A stretch of DNA of 64,000 bases from Thermoanaerobaculia bacterium (GTDB lineage Bacteria; Acidobacteriota; Thermoanaerobaculia; Multivoradales; Multivoraceae), in contig OY761158.1 of assembly GCA_963664405.1 (NCBI GenBank), positions 3,264,001 through 3,328,000 on the forward strand, in the 5' to 3' direction. Made by a program: the position numbers and the translations under genes. The notes under the pieces are model-generated. The model saw only the letters and a list, made by a program, of their open reading frames with translations, made no database searches and had not been told where the DNA came from. Of this stretch, positions 10,482 to 20,204 are shown piece after piece; within the stretch, counting starts at the first letter, position 1, and each line of letters opens with the position of its first letter.

Positions 10482-11468
10482 GTGACAAGTTTGCACCACA
10501 AACTCGGGAGCACTCTGTTCGGGCTCCTTCTCGGCGCAGTGGGTCTGTACTTGGCTTTCCGGGGCTTCGACCTTGACGAGCTTCTTGCCGTCCTCGGTCA
10601 GGTCGAGTGGGCTTGGATCGTGGGCGCCCTCGGGCTGACCGTCGCCGGCTTCGTCGTGCGCGGATGGCGATGGCGGACGCTTCTGCTTCCTCTTACACAC
10701 GCGACGCTGTGGGCCACCACCGCGGCGACGATGATCGGCTACTTCGGCAACAACGTGCTCCCGGCACGCCTCGGCGAGATCATGCGCGCCTACGTTCTCG
10801 CGCAGCGCCAGAAGAACATCGACACCGCCGTCTGCATTGGCTCCATCGCTGTCGAGCGCCTTCTCGATCTGGTCGCGGTCGCGATCCTCGCGGCACTCTC
10901 CATCCCGGCCCTCGGAAGCGACACCTTGTCGCTGGCCTCCTGGCTACCCGCTGCTCTCGCCACTCTCGTAGCTTCCGCTATCCTTTGGGGAGCCTCCCAC
11001 TCCCAGGCGCTGCGGCGACGCCTGCGCACTTGGTCACCGCCTCCAGAGAACTTCCCGGGTCGCTTCGGCGGACTCGTGGGCTCCTTCCTCAAGGGGCTAT
11101 TAGTGCTTGGCGAGAACCCGCACACAGGCGCTTTGCTCTTGCAGACGCTGATCCAATGGCTCGGCTATGTGGCAGGTGTCTGGATGCTTGCCCGCGGCGT
11201 CGGGCTACCTCTTTCCCTTGGCGAGGTCGGCGCGGTGATGGTGGCCACCAGCCTGGCCATCTCGATTCCGGCGGCACCCGGCTACGTCGGCACCTTCCAC
11301 GCGGCAAACGTGCTGCTACTTTCGGAAGTGCTGACCTACGACCCGGCCCAGGCCCAGACATTCGCAATTCTCAGCCACGCTGTGAGCTGGGTTCCGTCGG
11401 TTTTCCTGGGTGCCGCGGTTCTGGTCAGAGAGCCGGTTCGTCTGCGCGATCTCGATTTTACCGATTGA
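10482..11468 (+). CDS. Lysylphosphatidylglycerol synthase TM-domain / flippase-like membrane protein
   Basis: RGWRWRTLL, GYFGNNVLPARLGEIMRA, ERLLD, PAAPGYVGTFH. Confidence 0.9.
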   Translation: MTSLHHKLGSTLFGLLLGAVGLYLAFRGFDLDELLAVLGQVEWAWIVGALGLTVAGFVVRGWRWRTLLLPLTHATLWATTAATMIGYFGNNVLPARLGEIMRAYVLAQRQKNIDTAVCIGSIAVERLLDLVAVAILAALSIPALGSDTLSLASWLPAALATLVASAILWGASHSQALRRRLRTWSPPPENFPGRFGGLVGSFLKGLLVLGENPHTGALLLQTLIQWLGYVAGVWMLARGVGLPLSLGEVGAVMVATSLAISIPAAPGYVGTFHAANVLLLSEVLTYDPAQAQTFAILSHAVSWVPSVFLGAAVLVREPVRLRDLDFTD

Positions 11469-11475
11469 CTACGTA

Positions 11476-11620
11476 CTTTTCTCCTTCTGCCCGCTGGCGG
11501 CGTTGGCTAGGCGCCCCCGCGCTCCTCGACATATTGCCCAATATGCTTGCGTCGGCGCGCCTGGCCAGCGAACAGAATGACCTCGAGCTATGCAACACGA
11601 ACTTGGAAACGCTGGTCTAG
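11476..11620 (-). mobile_element. Partial palindromic MITE-like element, type A (one terminal arm missing)
   Basis: Reverse-orientation match to 32978..33143 and 58155..58319; ends CGAACTTGGAAACGCTGGTCTAG; the CTAG provides the stop of the GT2 gene. Confidence 0.85.
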
Positions 11621-13050
11621 TCGGCCGCAGAGCCCTCGGACCGGCGGACGATCGCGATAAGGGAGACTCCACGCCAGGGCAGGATTCTCTCGAGCAGCTT
11701 GAACAGCCATACCGACCAATCCACGAGCTTGAGCTGGAAGCGGCCGAAGTGCCGGCGGCGAAGAATCTTGCCGTTGAACCACCAGCCTGGCATCGAGGCC
11801 TTGTTGAAGCCGAAGAGCCTCTCGATCTCGAAGCCGGCTGCCTCGAGAGCCGCTGTCAGCGTCTTGCGGGTATAGCGGCACCTGTGCTCGAGGGTTTCGT
11901 CAAGAGTCCCGTAAAGCCATGGACCCTGCGGGACAAGGATGATCGCTCGTCCGCCCTCTCCGAGGGCGGATCGGATGTTGGTGAGCGCCGTGGCCTCGTC
12001 GGGTACGTGCTCCAAGACATTGAGGCACACCACTGTGTCGTACTTCTCTTCATGGCCCTCGAACGTGGCGGGGTTGTCGAGGTCGAGAGTGGCAACGTCC
12101 ATGTAGGGGCGGAACTCGCTCAGGCTGTTCAGATAGGCGAGATAGTGGGGATTGATGTCGGTCGCCGTGTAGTGCTCGCGAGGGATCAAGACGTTCGAGA
12201 TGTTGCCGAGACCCGCTCCGATCTCGAGTACCCGAGTCCCCACGTACGGCCGGATCTCCTCTCCCATCCAGCGGTTGAAGCGCGGCGTTCCGGAGAGTGA
12301 CACCAAGATGTTGGAGCCAAACTCGTCGTCGGTGTAGAGATCGTCCACGATCCACCAGTGAAGCATAGCGCCAAAGGCGAGAGCGCCGTCCCAAAAGCCG
12401 ATCTTCTTGCCCTCTTCGTAGGTCCGGCCCGCATAGGAGATCGGAACCTCGAAGATGCGAGCCTTGCGCTTCGCCAGCTTGAAGCTGAGCTCGATCTCCA
12501 GCCGGAAGTCGTTGCTACGGATGGGGATGGACTTGAGTAGCGGGGTGCGAACAGCCTTGTAGCAGGTCTCTACATCGGTCAGGTTGAGGTCGGTACAGAG
12601 ATCGGCAACGAAGGTGATCAGGCGATTGCCCAAGGTGTGGCGAAAGTAGAGCACTCGGCGCTGGGAGCCGCCGAGGAACCTCGAACCATAGACCGCGTCG
12701 GCCCCCTCCTCGATAAAAGGGCGGACGACGGCCACGAGGTCCTGAGGGTCGTACTCGAGGTCGGCGTCGTGAATGACGGTGACGGCTCCTTTGGCTCGAG
12801 CGATACCTGTTCGTACTGCTGCGCCCTTCCCCTGGTTCCCTTCGTGCTCCACATAGTCGATACGCTGCGGGTACTCGGCAGCGAGCTCGCGCAATATCTC
12901 TCGGGTCCCATCCGTCGAACCGTCGTCGACGACGATGACGTCGACCCGCTCCAGCAGCTCACTCTCGACCGCGAGCACGCGGCGGATGGACTCAGCTACG
13001 AGATAGCGCTCGTTGTAGACCGGAACGATGACGGAGAGGTAAATGCCCAT
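11617..13050 (-). CDS. Bifunctional GT2 glycosyltransferase (polyprenol-phosphate glycosyltransferase-like) and class I SAM methyltransferase
   Basis: LSVIVPVYNE, VVDDGSTDGT, NQGKGAA, HDADLEYDP, TDVETCYK; C-terminal VLEIGAGLGN, CLNVLEHV. Confidence 0.92.
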   Translation of the reverse strand: MGIYLSVIVPVYNERYLVAESIRRVLAVESELLERVDVIVVDDGSTDGTREILRELAAEYPQRIDYVEHEGNQGKGAAVRTGIARAKGAVTVIHDADLEYDPQDLVAVVRPFIEEGADAVYGSRFLGGSQRRVLYFRHTLGNRLITFVADLCTDLNLTDVETCYKAVRTPLLKSIPIRSNDFRLEIELSFKLAKRKARIFEVPISYAGRTYEEGKKIGFWDGALAFGAMLHWWIVDDLYTDDEFGSNILVSLSGTPRFNRWMGEEIRPYVGTRVLEIGAGLGNISNVLIPREHYTATDINPHYLAYLNSLSEFRPYMDVATLDLDNPATFEGHEEKYDTVVCLNVLEHVPDEATALTNIRSALGEGGRAIILVPQGPWLYGTLDETLEHRCRYTRKTLTAALEAAGFEIERLFGFNKASMPGWWFNGKILRRRHFGRFQLKLVDWSVWLFKLLERILPWRGVSLIAIVRRSEGSAAD

Positions 13051-13146
13051 GACTAGAAGACTGCGGGGGTCGCGTCCGAAGATTGCCACGAAGGGGGCCT
13101 GTGTCTCAAGGCCCACATTGACTGTATTGGTGCTGAGCGCTCCCGT

Positions 13147-15330
13147 TCAAGGTCGAAGTTGCGATTCTGGGAGACCAAGCGCGAGGGCGGTAAAGGCGTA
13201 ACGGTCGGTAAGGTTTTCTATGATCATCCAAGTGGGTTTCCCCGCCCCATGGCCCGCACGTGTTTCCACGCGCAGAAGCACGGGCTGTTCACAGCCCTGG
13301 GCGCGTTGAAGCTCGGCGGCGAATTTGTAGCTGTGCCATGGCACCACTCGATCGTCGTGGTCTCCGGTGGTAATCAGCGTAGGCGGGTAACACCTTCCAT
13401 CTTCGAGATTGTGGAGAGGCGAGTAGGAGATTTGGACTTCGAAATCTTCCTTGATCTCCGAGAGACCGTAATCGTCTGACCAGTTTCGGGCATTGGCACT
13501 GGGTAGGTGGTAGCGAAGCATGTCGAGAACGCCAACCGCAGGGAGTGCGGCGCCAAAGAGCTCCGGGCGCTGGGTCATCGCGGCCCCGACCAGGAGCCCG
13601 CCGTTGGAGCCGCCCTCGATGGCCAGCTTGGCGGACGAGGTCACTCCGCTTTCGATCAGCCATTCCGCAGCTGCGATGAAGTCATCGAAGACGTTCTGCT
13701 TGTTGAGCCGCGCACCGGCCAGATGCCACTCCTCCCCGTATTCACCTCCGCCACGCAGGTTGGCGACAGCAAAGACGCCTCCCATCTCCATCCAGACCAT
13801 GCGGCTGGTGCTGTAGGTCGGGGTGAGGGAGATGTCGAAGCCTCCGTATCCATAGAGGAGGGTCGGATTGGACCCATCGAGCTCGATCCCTTTGCGATGA
13901 GTGAGAAAGAGGGGCACACGAGTGCCGTCCTTGCTGGTAACGAAGACTTGGCGGGTTTCGAAGGCGTCGAAGTCCACTGGGATCTGTGGCTGGAAGAAGA
14001 GCGAGGACTCTGCACTGGCCACCTCGTGACGGTAGATCTGAGCAGGGCGGATAAAACTCTCGAATGAGAAGAAGGTGGCAGAGTCATGCCATGGACCGCC
14101 GAAACCGGCCGCGCTACCGACCCCCGGTAGCTCGAGCTCCCGCTCCCGTCGACCCGAAGGCAGCCAGACCTCTACCCGCGAAGTGGCATCGGACAGGTAG
14201 TGCGCGAAGAAGCGGCCTCCAACAGCGCTCGCGTTCTCGAGTACCTCGGTAGTTTCCGGGATGACCTCACGCCATCCTTGTTTCTCGCGGCGCCCGGCGT
14301 CCACGGCAATAACGCGGCCGCGCGGTGCGTCGTTGGTGGTTCGAAAGTAGAGGGTCGAGCCGTCGTTGGCGAGAAAGTCGTAGCGGGCATCCCAATCATC
14401 GAAGAACGGCCGAATGCCGCCGTCGGGCTGGCTCAGATCCCGGAGCCAGACTGCGTTCTCCAAGGAGCCCTCGGCGATGGTGATGACCAGCCATCGGCCG
14501 TCTTCGCTGACGTCGGCATAGGGGTTGCGTCCCGGATACTCAGGTTGGGCGAAGATCTCCTCGTCCTCGGACTGAGGCGCACCTAGGCGGTGGCGGAAAA
14601 CCCGAACCGGTTGCGAGCCGTCAGCATTACCTGCCGGGTCAGTGGGGTAGCTGCTGTAGTAGAAGCCCGAGGCATCGTGTTGCCAGGAGATGGAGGTGAA
14701 CTTGATGTGGGTGAGGAGGTCGCCGGTTTCTCGGCCGCTCGCGACCTCTCGCAGGTGCCAGTCGCGCCAATCCGAGCCGCCGTCGGAGGTGGCGTAGGCC
14801 AGGAAGCGAGCGTCAGGGCTGGTGGAGACTCCGGCTAGAGCGACGGTTCCGTCGTCACTGAAACGGTTGGGATCGAGGAGAACGCGAGGCTCGGCGCCTT
14901 CTTCCTCGACTACCCAGAGAACGTCCTGGTCTGCCAAGCCATCGTTACGAAAGTAGAAAGTATGCCCGGCACGACGCCAGGGCACTCCCGATCGCTCGTG
15001 GTTCCACAGCTCGGTGAGGCGGGCGTGGATTCTCTCTCTCGCCGGGATCGTCTCCAGGAAGGGCTTGGCGAGAAGGTTCTGTGCATCGACCCACTGCCGG
15101 GTCGGCTCGGCGTCGAGCTCTTCAAGCCAGCGGTAAGGGTCCGCGACCTCGACGCCATGATAGTTGTCGACCTGAGGGAAGCGCTTTGTTGGAGGGTAGT
15201 TGAGTGAGGTCTGTGGATCGCCTTTGTCAACGGTGCTCCGGGAGCACGCCATGGCTACCATCATGCCCGCGAAGAGGGCGCTCATGCACACGGCACCGGT
15301 TTCGCCGAACAGCGTTCCGTCGATCATCAT
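13147..15330 (-). CDS. Prolyl oligopeptidase (S9A), probable lipoprotein
   Basis: DPYRWLE, LLYGYGGF, GGSNGGLL, DDRV, GHGAGK; N-terminal AMAC lipobox-like motif. Start uncertain. Confidence 0.95.
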   Translation of the reverse strand: MMIDGTLFGETGAVCMSALFAGMMVAMACSRSTVDKGDPQTSLNYPPTKRFPQVDNYHGVEVADPYRWLEELDAEPTRQWVDAQNLLAKPFLETIPARERIHARLTELWNHERSGVPWRRAGHTFYFRNDGLADQDVLWVVEEEGAEPRVLLDPNRFSDDGTVALAGVSTSPDARFLAYATSDGGSDWRDWHLREVASGRETGDLLTHIKFTSISWQHDASGFYYSSYPTDPAGNADGSQPVRVFRHRLGAPQSEDEEIFAQPEYPGRNPYADVSEDGRWLVITIAEGSLENAVWLRDLSQPDGGIRPFFDDWDARYDFLANDGSTLYFRTTNDAPRGRVIAVDAGRREKQGWREVIPETTEVLENASAVGGRFFAHYLSDATSRVEVWLPSGRRERELELPGVGSAAGFGGPWHDSATFFSFESFIRPAQIYRHEVASAESSLFFQPQIPVDFDAFETRQVFVTSKDGTRVPLFLTHRKGIELDGSNPTLLYGYGGFDISLTPTYSTSRMVWMEMGGVFAVANLRGGGEYGEEWHLAGARLNKQNVFDDFIAAAEWLIESGVTSSAKLAIEGGSNGGLLVGAAMTQRPELFGAALPAVGVLDMLRYHLPSANARNWSDDYGLSEIKEDFEVQISYSPLHNLEDGRCYPPTLITTGDHDDRVVPWHSYKFAAELQRAQGCEQPVLLRVETRAGHGAGKPTWMIIENLTDRYAFTALALGLPESQLRP

Positions 15331-15551
15331 GGAGCGGATTCTGCCAGATATGAGATGTGAGCGCTAAAGATGAACTTCCGGCTCGAAGGAGGGTCTTCGT
15401 AACACTTTTTGTAACGTTGCAGGAGTATCGTCTCTTTGATAACGGGATGGTATCGCCGTTAAGGCGACTAGGCCGCGGTCACCCTGACCCCCGCAGCCAA
15501 CAGGGTGATCGCGGCTGCCACTTTTTCTGCGGGCCTTACCACCTCGCTGAA

Positions 15552-16109
15552 TCAAAGCGCCAAGCTCTGGGGCGTGACGATCTCGAGCAATTCGACTGCC
15601 GGTTCATTGTCGACGTTCACGGTTGCGATTCTTCCGAACGTGGTGGGTCGCTCGCGCTTCGAGTCGACGCCGAGCGCGTCGGCAAGCTCGTGGTTCAGCG
15701 AGATGCGAAGCAGGTCGTGGGTGACGACTCGAGTCATGAATCCGTGCTCGAGGAGGATGCGCCCTAAGGGGGTGTCTCGGGCGAGGATGCGCTGACGCAC
15801 CGGCTCGTCGCTGTAGTCCAGATTCAAACGTACGATCCCGAACTGCAGGATTCTTCGCGTCTCGGGGTGCAAGAGCTGAATCTTGCGCGCATAGAAGGGC
15901 TCGGCCGTGTGCTCCGACAACACCCGTAGCTCTAGGGTGGAATCGTGGAAGCTCTCCAGGGCGACCGTCATGTGCCCGTTATGGGCCAGCATCCTGCGAT
16001 AGGGATCAGGTACTTCAGCCGCGGCGATCGACTGGGCCTCGGGGATCGCGCTCGGGGGATCACCGCAGAGACGAAAGAAATCTTCGATCCGCCGGAGTTG
16101 CTGAGGCAC
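15552..16109 (-). CDS. Chorismate lyase-like / UTRA-fold protein
   Basis: LAHNGHMTVALE, YARKIQL, TPLGRIL, TFGR..LLEIV pattern typical of chorismate-lyase-like proteins. Confidence 0.6.
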   Translation of the reverse strand: MPQQLRRIEDFFRLCGDPPSAIPEAQSIAAAEVPDPYRRMLAHNGHMTVALESFHDSTLELRVLSEHTAEPFYARKIQLLHPETRRILQFGIVRLNLDYSDEPVRQRILARDTPLGRILLEHGFMTRVVTHDLLRISLNHELADALGVDSKRERPTTFGRIATVNVDNEPAVELLEIVTPQSLAL

Positions 16110-16317
16110 GACTCGCGGAGTCTACTCCAGCTTCGATGAGGCGATCTCCAGGCGACGTGTCCGTCGGGCCGCACGAGCACCGCGCCAGCGGGTCGCAGGC
16201 CGTAGAGGTTGCAGACACGCGACGAACCCTACCGCAAGAGAGTGCCGGCTGGGGAGGCTGCTCGGCCCTGTGCTCGTCGGCTAGACTCCCCCAGCGAGGG
16301 GTCGGGCGGCGAACAAG

Positions 16318-17268
16318 ATGGCAGCACAAGAGCGCAGAATCTGGGTTGATGGGGAGCTCGTTCCGTGGGCCGAGGCCACGGTGCATGTTCTCTCCCACTC
16401 GCTGCAGCGCGGCACCCTGGTTTTCGACTACATGAGAGTCTACGAGACGCAGAAGGGTCCCGCGATCTTTCGTCTCGGCCCTCACTTGGATCGCTTAGTG
16501 CACTCGTGCGACCTCGTAGGGCTTCCACTTCGTCGAGGTGCTGGGGAGCTTGCCGAAGCGACTCGAAGCACGGTGCGGGCAAACCCCGGCAGCCACTCGG
16601 TCAAGATCAGCGCCTATCTAGCTGCGATCGAGGTTGAGGTCGTGCCCCAGGACGACCATGTTTCTGTTGCCATCGCGGCCTACGATGTGATCGAAGATGT
16701 GGTCGGGCCCAACCGTGGGTCTCATCAACAGCGAGATCTGTTGAAGCTCTGGATCGAGAGGCGCAATCGTCGCCACGATGTTCTCGCCCCGCAAGCCAAG
16801 GTCGCCAGCAACTACGGAGGGACGATGTTGGCGAAGTGGCGTGCTCGTCGTAACGGTTACGACGAGATCCTGCTTCTCTCGGAAGACGGTTCGCTGGCCG
16901 AGTCGCCGACCACCAACATTTTTCTCGTCGACGACGCGGGACGCCTACTCACCCCGCCGGCGGAACAGGTGCTGCCCGGAGTGACCCGCGCTTCGATTCT
17001 GGAGATCGCGGCAGCGGAGGGCCTCGAATGCTCCGAGGAAGGTCTCTTTCCCGAGGATCTGATGGCGGCGTCAGAGGTGTTTCTAAGTGCGACTTCAGTC
17101 GGAGTCTGGCCGGTGATCTCCGTTGACGGCCAGCCGGTCGGGAGCGGTGAGCCGGGGCCGGTCACCGCTAGCCTGCGCGAGCGATTTCAAAGAATCGTCG
17201 GGGGGGAAGATCCCGCTTACGAGCATTGGCTAGACTTCGTAACTCAGGCTGTTCAAGCGGAGAAATAG
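16318..17268 (+). CDS. ilvE: Class IV PLP aminotransferase (branched-chain amino acid aminotransferase-like)
   Basis: IWVDGELVPW, IFRLGPHLDRL, AKVASNY, LPGVTR, EVFLSAT, PGPVT. Confidence 0.85.
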   Translation: MAAQERRIWVDGELVPWAEATVHVLSHSLQRGTLVFDYMRVYETQKGPAIFRLGPHLDRLVHSCDLVGLPLRRGAGELAEATRSTVRANPGSHSVKISAYLAAIEVEVVPQDDHVSVAIAAYDVIEDVVGPNRGSHQQRDLLKLWIERRNRRHDVLAPQAKVASNYGGTMLAKWRARRNGYDEILLLSEDGSLAESPTTNIFLVDDAGRLLTPPAEQVLPGVTRASILEIAAAEGLECSEEGLFPEDLMAASEVFLSATSVGVWPVISVDGQPVGSGEPGPVTASLRERFQRIVGGEDPAYEHWLDFVTQAVQAEK

Positions 17269-17269
17269 G

Positions 17270-18458
17270 ATGCCAGGACCCCTTGACGGAATTCGAGTCG
17301 TCGATTTGACCACCATGGTCTCCGGCCCGGTTGCAACCGCGATGCTCGCGGACCAGGGGGCGGAGGTGATCAAGGTGGAGTCGCTCAGCGGCGACCAGTC
17401 TCGAAGCATCGGCAACAGGCGTAACGGCCTGACCGCCGGTTTCTTTGCCTGTAACCGGGGAAAGAAGTCACTCAGTCTCGATCTGAAGAGAGACGATGCC
17501 AAGCAGGCGCTGCGCGAGCTGGTCAAGACAGCCGACGTCTTCGTGCAGAACTTCAGGCCCGGCGCGATCGACCGCATGGGATTCGGCGAAGAGGAGGTCA
17601 GGCGGCTACGAGAAGACATCATTTATGTCTCGATCAGCGGCTTCGGAGAAACCGGACCCTACGCCCACCAGCGTGTTTACGATCCGATCATTCAGGCGTT
17701 GAGCGGAGCCACCGACATTCAGGCCGATCGGGATACCCGTCGACCCAAGATGTTTCGCATCATCATCGCCGACAAGGTGACCTCGCTGACTGCCGCCCAG
17801 GCGATCTCTTCTGCGCTTTTTGCGCGTGAGCGCACAAAGCTTTGGGCAGCACGTCAAGCTCGCGATGTTGGACACTATGGTGTCCTTTTTTTGGCCCGAG
17901 GGGATGTCGGGCCTGACTTTCGTTGGAGATGAGATCGACGTCACCAAATATCAAGGAATGATGGATCTCATCTACGAGACCAAGAACGGCTACATCACCG
18001 CCGGGGCCGTCTCCGACGCGGAGTGGCAGGGCATGTGCGCCGCCTTGAACAAGCCCGAGTGGTTGGAAGACGAGCGTTTCAAGACCACAACCGCACGCTT
18101 TCGCAACGTCGAGGAGCGCAAGCGGCTCACAGCTGTCGAGATCGCGAAGTGGGACCGCGACGAGATCCTCCGACGTCTGGACGAGGAGACAGTACCGTCG
18201 GCTCCCCTGCTCAGTCGACTCGATCTGCTCGAGGATGCTCAGATCGCAGCCAACGGCACGATCGAGATCCACGAATTCGAGAACCACGGCAAGATCCGCC
18301 TCGCCCGTCCCGCGGCTCGCTTCGATCGGACCCCGAGCGAGATCAGGGCGCCGGCGCCGCTTTTGGGAGAGCATTCCGGGGAGATCCTTCGGGGGCTGGG
18401 GTATTCCGAAGAAGAGGTGCGGGAGCTGGAGAGCACCGGAGCTGTGAGCTCGGCTTGA
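17270..18458 (+). pseudogene. CaiB/BaiF family III CoA-transferase with a 1-nt frameshift at about 17841 (mutation or sequencing error)
   Basis: PLDGIRVVDL, LADQGAEVIKVE, NRGKKS, NFRPG in ORF 17270..17932; continues GQHVKLAML..APLLGEHS in the next frame; extra T in AAGCTTTGGG. Confidence 0.85.
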
Positions 18459-18547
18459 TGCGCCGGCCCCTACTTTTGGCTGGAGTATGATCTGCGGATC
18501 TCTCTCGGCGGACATCGGTGGATGCGAAGGGTCAAAGGAGGCGGAGC

Positions 18548-19963
18548 TTGAGCAACATTCCTGAACAGAGGGAAGCCGACCTTCCAGAGCGCAAGCATAG
18601 TTTCTGGCGCATGACCGGACCGGGTGCCATCACTGTGGGCCTGGCCATCGGCGCGGGCGAGTTGGCGGTATGGCCCTGGGTAACCGCCAAGTTCGGGGCG
18701 ACCATGCTCTGGGCGGCTGCGCTCGGCGTTTTTCTACAACTCTTCATCAATTTCGAGATCGGTCGCTGGGCCATTGCCACCGGGGAGAACCCCTACACTG
18801 GCTACGCACGCGTCTCGATCAAGTTTATCTACTTCTTCCTCGGTATCGGCTTTTTCGGCTTCTTCCTCCCCGGCTGGGCACGCATGTCAGGGGTTGCGGT
18901 CAAGGCGCTGTTTTTCGGACCCGACGGGCCAGGGCCGGATTGGGTCTGGACGGCGCTGACCTTTGTCGTGATCGCCCTCGTCCTCTACGGGCCGAAGTCG
19001 ATTTACGGCGCGGTCGAGAAGGCGATCACCGGGATGGTCGTAGTGATCACGGTGGGCCTTGTCTACCTTGCCGTCAAGGTCGGCACCGTGGACGCGTTGA
19101 AAGAGATGTGGGATGGTCTCCTCAACTTCCCCCATATCGAGCTCGACGACGAGTTCACCTTCAGTCGCTTCTTCGGCGCTGTGGTCTTTGCGGGCATCGG
19201 CGGCGCCGGCAATCTCTATTACGCCTTTTACCTCAGGGATAAACAGATCGGCATGGGGGCGCGAGTTCCCAAGCTGGTGAACCCTTTGCGCCAGAAAGAG
19301 TCGGTGGGGATCCAGACCGGCTTCACCTATCGGGACACGCCGGAGAATGCGCGTCGATTCCGTGATTGGTTCCGCTTCGTTGTTCTGGACCAGACCCTCT
19401 ACTTCTGGCTGCTCAACAGCCTCACCATGTTTCTGTTCATGTTCGGGGCGCTGACTGTGCTTCGTCCTCAGGGCATCGTGCCGGCGGAAGGGCAGTTCGT
19501 CTGGGACGAGTCGGTGATGTTCGAACAGATCATGGGTAGCAGCGGCCGCTATCTCTTTCTGATCATCGGCATCGCCGCCCTCTTCAGCTCTCAGCTCGGA
19601 GGCGTCGACGGTGTGGGTAGAAGCTGGGCCTACCAGCTCAGCGTCCACTTCCCCAAGCTGGGCAAGAAGTGGACGCAGAGCCAGTTCTATCTCTTCTTCA
19701 CCGTCTTCTACATGATCTTCGGCACGCTCTCGACCATGGTGCTCGAGGTCTTCGAGATCACCGCCCTCACCTTCATCTTCAACGCCGCCTTGCTTAGCGG
19801 CTTTGTGATGGCGGTCTACGTACCTCTGACGCTGTTCATCAATCTCACGGCGCTGCCCCCCTCGGCCCGACCGAAATGGCCAAACATCATCATGATGATC
19901 ATCGCCTCCATGGTCTACATCTCCTTCGCGCTCTACACCCTCTACGACGTCTTCATTGCGTAG
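18548..19963 (+). CDS. Nramp-like / APC-superfamily membrane transporter
   Basis: GPGAITVGLAIGAGE, EIGRWAIATGE, about 11 TM segments; AGGAGG before TTG at 18548. Confidence 0.75.
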   Translation: MSNIPEQREADLPERKHSFWRMTGPGAITVGLAIGAGELAVWPWVTAKFGATMLWAAALGVFLQLFINFEIGRWAIATGENPYTGYARVSIKFIYFFLGIGFFGFFLPGWARMSGVAVKALFFGPDGPGPDWVWTALTFVVIALVLYGPKSIYGAVEKAITGMVVVITVGLVYLAVKVGTVDALKEMWDGLLNFPHIELDDEFTFSRFFGAVVFAGIGGAGNLYYAFYLRDKQIGMGARVPKLVNPLRQKESVGIQTGFTYRDTPENARRFRDWFRFVVLDQTLYFWLLNSLTMFLFMFGALTVLRPQGIVPAEGQFVWDESVMFEQIMGSSGRYLFLIIGIAALFSSQLGGVDGVGRSWAYQLSVHFPKLGKKWTQSQFYLFFTVFYMIFGTLSTMVLEVFEITALTFIFNAALLSGFVMAVYVPLTLFINLTALPPSARPKWPNIIMMIIASMVYISFALYTLYDVFIA

Positions 19964-19967
19964 GGCG

Positions 19968-20204
19968 CTAGACCTCCTCGACGGCGAGGGCCCTGACCCA
20001 GCAGCCCTCAAGACGCTCGACGCTGAGCGGCATGCCGATGTAGAAGGCCCGGTCCTTCTTCAACTTATCGAGGTTGACCAGGGGATAGCAGACCGGGATG
20101 TTGTTGCCGAGCATGTTCCGGTGGGTCGGCGAGTTGTGAGGCTGCGGAGCTTTGAAGTCTGACTCAAAGGCGACACCTGGATAGCCGACGCCGAGCAGCT
20201 TGAT
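19968..20204 (-). pseudogene. C-terminal fragment of a cyclase / kynurenine formamidase family protein
   Basis: Manual translation IKLLGVGYPGVAFESDFKAPQPHNSPTHRNMLGNNIPVCYPLVNLDKLKKDRAFYIGMPLSVERLEGCWVRALAVEEV*; no start; abuts the next fragment. Confidence 0.7.
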
